From NCBI GenBank assembly GCA_044376115.1, contig JBILLK010000015.1:1-64000 (forward strand): DNA of 64,000 bases, written 5' to 3'. The stretch is from Polyangiaceae bacterium (GTDB lineage: Bacteria > Myxococcota_A > Polyangia > Polyangiales > Polyangiaceae). The notes beneath the pieces are model-generated. The model was not told where the DNA came from and searched no databases. It saw only the letters and a list, made by a program, of their open reading frames with translations. A program made the translations under genes and the position numbers. This document shows, piece after piece, positions 60,800 through 64,000 of the stretch. Numbering within the stretch: the first letter of the stretch is position 1; the number at the start of each line of letters is the position of its first letter.

Positions 60800-62118
60800 G
60801 TGAGCTTCTAACGGTTGCGCAGCAGGTGGTTGAGGTAGCGAAGGCTGGCGGCGCCAATGAGGTCATGGCCAGCGCCTACAAGAGTCGCGAAGTAGAGATT
60901 GCCTGGCGGGATGGTCGGGTCGAGAAGGTGAGTGAGGCCACCTCGCGTGGAGTCTCTTTGGCGCTTTACGTGGATGGGCGCTATTCGGTCGTCAGCACGA
61001 GTGATCTTCGGCCGGACGCGCTCAAGGCGTTCGTCAATGAGTCGCTGGGCATGGCACGCACGCTGTCTCCCGATCAGAACAGGACCTTGTGCGATCCAAA
61101 GCTGTACGAAGGGCGCACCACCAAGGACCTCCAATGTGAGGACCCCGATTACGACTCGGTCACGGCTGACAAGCGCCGCGAGCTCGCCAAGGCGCTCGAG
61201 GAAGCGGCGAGATCGGTAAGTGGTAAGGGCGAGATCCTGAGCGTAGAGAGCAGCGTTTCCGATACGAGCTCGGAAGGTGCACGGGTTACCTCGAACGGCT
61301 TCGTCGGTGAGCGGCGCGTCACCAGCTTTAGTGCCTATGCCGCGACGACCGTCAAAGATCCCGACGGAAGGCGCCCTGACGGCTACGATGCGGCTGGGAC
61401 GCGCTACTTCGCAGACCTGCCCAACGCGGAAGCCATTGGCAAGAAGGCCACCGAACGAGCCTTGGCCTGCATCGGCTCGACCAAAATGGACAGCACGGTG
61501 CTGCCCATGATCGTGGAGAACAGAGTCGGGGCCAGGCTGGTTCGCGCCCTGCTGGGGCCGTTGAGTGCACGTAGCTTGCAACAGAAGCAGTCCTTCCTCG
61601 ACGGCAAGATCGGCAAGGAGGTCAGCTCCAAGCTATTGAGCATTACAGATGACCCGTTCGTGACGAGAGGGCTTGGATCTCGTCTATGGGACGGAGAGGG
61701 CATCTCGGCCAAGAAGTTTCCCGTGATTGAGCAGGGGATACTGAAGAGCTACTATATTGATGACTATTACGGTCGAAAGCTGAAGCTCGCTCCGACGACG
61801 GGTAGCTCCTCCAATCTGACGTTCGCCCTAGGAGCGGACGGGCTGGATAAGATCCTAAGTAAAGTGGGTAAGGGCGTTTTGGTGACCGGCTTCCTGGGCG
61901 GCAACTCCAATGGCACCACCGGCGACTACTCATTTGGGATTCAAGGCTTCTTGGTGGACAAGGGAGTGCTGGTCAAACCGATCGGCGAGATGAATATCTC
62001 GGGCAATCAGGCTGAGCTTTGGAAGAAGCTGACCATGGTAGGCAACGACCCGTACCCGTACTCCTCGACCCTCACGCCGACGCTGGTGTTCTCGGACGTT
62101 CAATTCGCGGGGGGCTAG
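60796..62118 (+). CDS. tldE: TldE/PmbA subunit
   Basis: ATGA-coupled to tldD; DDP..GLGSRLWDGEG, NGTTGDYSFG and EMNISGN; no HExxxH motif. Confidence 0.88.
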   Translation: MSELLTVAQQVVEVAKAGGANEVMASAYKSREVEIAWRDGRVEKVSEATSRGVSLALYVDGRYSVVSTSDLRPDALKAFVNESLGMARTLSPDQNRTLCDPKLYEGRTTKDLQCEDPDYDSVTADKRRELAKALEEAARSVSGKGEILSVESSVSDTSSEGARVTSNGFVGERRVTSFSAYAATTVKDPDGRRPDGYDAAGTRYFADLPNAEAIGKKATERALACIGSTKMDSTVLPMIVENRVGARLVRALLGPLSARSLQQKQSFLDGKIGKEVSSKLLSITDDPFVTRGLGSRLWDGEGISAKKFPVIEQGILKSYYIDDYYGRKLKLAPTTGSSSNLTFALGADGLDKILSKVGKGVLVTGFLGGNSNGTTGDYSFGIQGFLVDKGVLVKPIGEMNISGNQAELWKKLTMVGNDPYPYSSTLTPTLVFSDVQFAGG

Positions 62119-62203
62119 TCCAGCTGCGTGCCAGGGTATTCGCTTCGGCTTGACGCCCTTGCAGAGCAGTAGGACGTGCTGATCCGACTTTAGGAGGCTT
62201 CCG

Positions 62204-63325
62204 ATGCGTGCTTCACGAATGCTTGCTCTCACGGTGATCGCTGCTCTGGTGGGGTGTTCTGACGACACCGGGTCGGGCGCAGCCGGTGCTGGCGGGGACA
62301 CCTCCTCGGGCGCTGGGAATCCTGGCTCCGGTGCCGCCACCAGCACTGGCGGCGGCGGGCAAGCTCAAGGCGGAAACGCCGCAGGTGGAGGAGAGGGCGG
62401 CCAGAACCAAGGCGCACAAGGCCCTGGAGGCGGCGGACAAGGGCAAGGCGGCGCAGCCAGCGTCCCCGACCCGAACCTTGACGGGCCTTTCGCGACGATG
62501 GCCGTAAGCGGCTCCACCACCGTGGCGGCCACGGGCAACATGGTTGCAATCTCGGGTTTCGCTCCCAGCTCGGGTGGCCCCTTCCCCGTGGTCGTGATTG
62601 GCCACGGCTTCCAGCTGCCGACGACGCAGTATGAGGGGTATGCGCAACGACTGGCGTCCTTCGGTTATGTCGCGCTGCTGCCTGACTTCCCGACGAGCTT
62701 CTTTGGCATCAGTCATGTTGAGGTGGCTCGGGATATGATTGGTGCGATTGATTGGGCCGCCACCAACGCTAGCGTGAGTTCGCTTGCGGACACGACCAAC
62801 GTTGGGATGACGGGTCACTCCTTGGGTGGCAAGGGCGCCCTGCTCGCCGCAACCTATGATGCCCGGGTCAAGGCGGTGATCGCGCTCGATCCGGTGGACA
62901 GCTCAATGAACTGCAGTCCGGCTGATTGCCCCGACGTGAGCGCGCTCATGCCTTCACTCAACGTGCCCACCGGCTTCCTGGGAGAAACAACCGACGCCTC
63001 CGGCGGGTTTCAGCCCTGCGCCCCGGCCGCAGACAACTTCACGACCTTCTACGCTGGCGCCAACTCCCCCTCGTTCCAGGTGACGGTGAATGGTGCCAAT
63101 CACATGAGCTTCCTCGACGACGTGGCTAGTTGTGGATTCACCTGTAGTTTCTGCAACGCAGCCACAGCCCCCAACGCGGAGGTCAATGGAATGTCCAAGG
63201 CCTATGTGGCAGCGTTCTTCGAGCGCTACCTACGTGACATTGGCGAGTATGATGCGTACCTCACGGGAGACGTAGCCATTGAGCGGTACGTGACGCCCGG
63301 CAAGGCCACCATCGTTTCCAAGTGA
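62204..63325 (+). CDS. Lipoprotein alpha/beta hydrolase (chlorophyllase/cutinase-like)
   Basis: LVGC lipobox, Gly-rich linker, HGF, GHSLGG, LDPVD and GANHMSF. Confidence 0.87.
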   Translation: MRASRMLALTVIAALVGCSDDTGSGAAGAGGDTSSGAGNPGSGAATSTGGGGQAQGGNAAGGGEGGQNQGAQGPGGGGQGQGGAASVPDPNLDGPFATMAVSGSTTVAATGNMVAISGFAPSSGGPFPVVVIGHGFQLPTTQYEGYAQRLASFGYVALLPDFPTSFFGISHVEVARDMIGAIDWAATNASVSSLADTTNVGMTGHSLGGKGALLAATYDARVKAVIALDPVDSSMNCSPADCPDVSALMPSLNVPTGFLGETTDASGGFQPCAPAADNFTTFYAGANSPSFQVTVNGANHMSFLDDVASCGFTCSFCNAATAPNAEVNGMSKAYVAAFFERYLRDIGEYDAYLTGDVAIERYVTPGKATIVSK

Positions 63326-63342
63326 AGTAGCGGCTCGCGAGG

Positions 63343-63369
63343 AGCCGAAGGTCGAATGGGCCTTCGGCT
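63343..63369. terminator. Hairpin between convergent genes
   Basis: AGCCGAAGG-N9-CCTTCGGCT, a 9-bp stem without a clear U-tract. Confidence 0.5.
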
Positions 63370-63390
63370 ATCTACCTAGGAGGGCACGCG

Positions 63391-64000
63391 TCACGGTTTG
63401 GTGATTGGCTGGAGCAAAGAGCCAGCGAGCTCCCTGAAGGAAACGACTTCAGCTTTGGGGCATTGCGCCTCGGCTCCAGCGTTGCATCCTGCAAGCACGT
63501 ATTCGACCGTGTCCTCTAGCACTTTGAGGTAGCCACCTTCGCTCCACATAGCGAAGTGATGGCCGACGTTGAAGGGCACTCGCTTGCCGGCGATAGCTCC
63601 TGCAATTCCTGTCTTATAGTCTTTAAACATTCGCTCCGGCGTCGCTTCCAGCTGGGCGTAGTTGTAGTCCATTGGGATGGTCAGAACGCCTTGATGCACC
63701 GTGAGCGGGAACTCGAGCACCGACTTGGTTCGGAGCTGATCACGAAAGGCGAAGGGAGGACCTGGGCTCGCCGACTGGCTCGTATCGTATTGGTACGCCC
63801 GCTCGAAGAGCGCCTCGTATAGCTCATTGTTCGCCCCGAGGTATGGGGCGCGGAAGCCTACAATCTTGTAAGGCTTGAGCTTGGGGTGTTTGAAGTTGGG
63901 TTCACCTTTAGCGTCAAAGAGCGTCTGCCCGTCCAGCTCCACTGGGAACGTCGGCACGGGCAAGCACAAGTCTGTATCGCTGCGAAACATCGGTGCTCCA
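63391..64000 (-). CDS. 3' part of a polysaccharide deacetylase-like protein, running off the window end
   Basis: GFRAPYL, YDTS, MDYNY, GHHF and VSFREL motifs. Confidence 0.75.
   Translation of the reverse strand, partial: GAPMFRSDTDLCLPVPTFPVELDGQTLFDAKGEPNFKHPKLKPYKIVGFRAPYLGANNELYEALFERAYQYDTSQSASPGPPFAFRDQLRTKSVLEFPLTVHQGVLTIPMDYNYAQLEATPERMFKDYKTGIAGAIAGKRVPFNVGHHFAMWSEGGYLKVLEDTVEYVLAGCNAGAEAQCPKAEVVSFRELAGSLLQPITKP

Noticed and set aside
62204..63325. PET hydrolase
   Set aside because: The GHSLGG alpha/beta hydrolase motifs are generic, and nothing visible specifically supports polyester activity.

Overview
GC-rich bacterial window, most likely from a myxobacterium (Myxococcota, Polyangiales-like). 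This is inferred from the several Hanks-type kinases, PEGA and DUF2169 proteins and Cys-rich lipoproteins. Most of it is housekeeping: a SUV3-like helicase, gcvP, sdhCAB, gatB, a partial nuo cluster (A-B-C-D-G-H-I), tRNA-Ser(TGA), split siroheme synthase genes, a sulfite/nitrite reductase, hflX and tldDE. The standout signal is missed by the ORF track. A gene at 56120..57232 has a signal peptide followed directly by two in-frame TGA codons (U-G-A-U, in place of a CxxC motif) and a bacterial SECIS-like hairpin. It predicts an exported, His-rich outer-membrane beta-barrel di-selenoprotein. It is translationally coupled to an HMA(CxxC)-thioredoxin lipoprotein and lies downstream of the siroheme reductase. 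Other notable items are a 97-bp palindromic tandem array, a papain-family protein with Ser at the catalytic Cys position, a GNAT fused to a histone H1-like tail, a frameshifted beta-carbonic anhydrase and a Tat-signal TldD. All family assignments come from motif recognition by eye; no searches were run.
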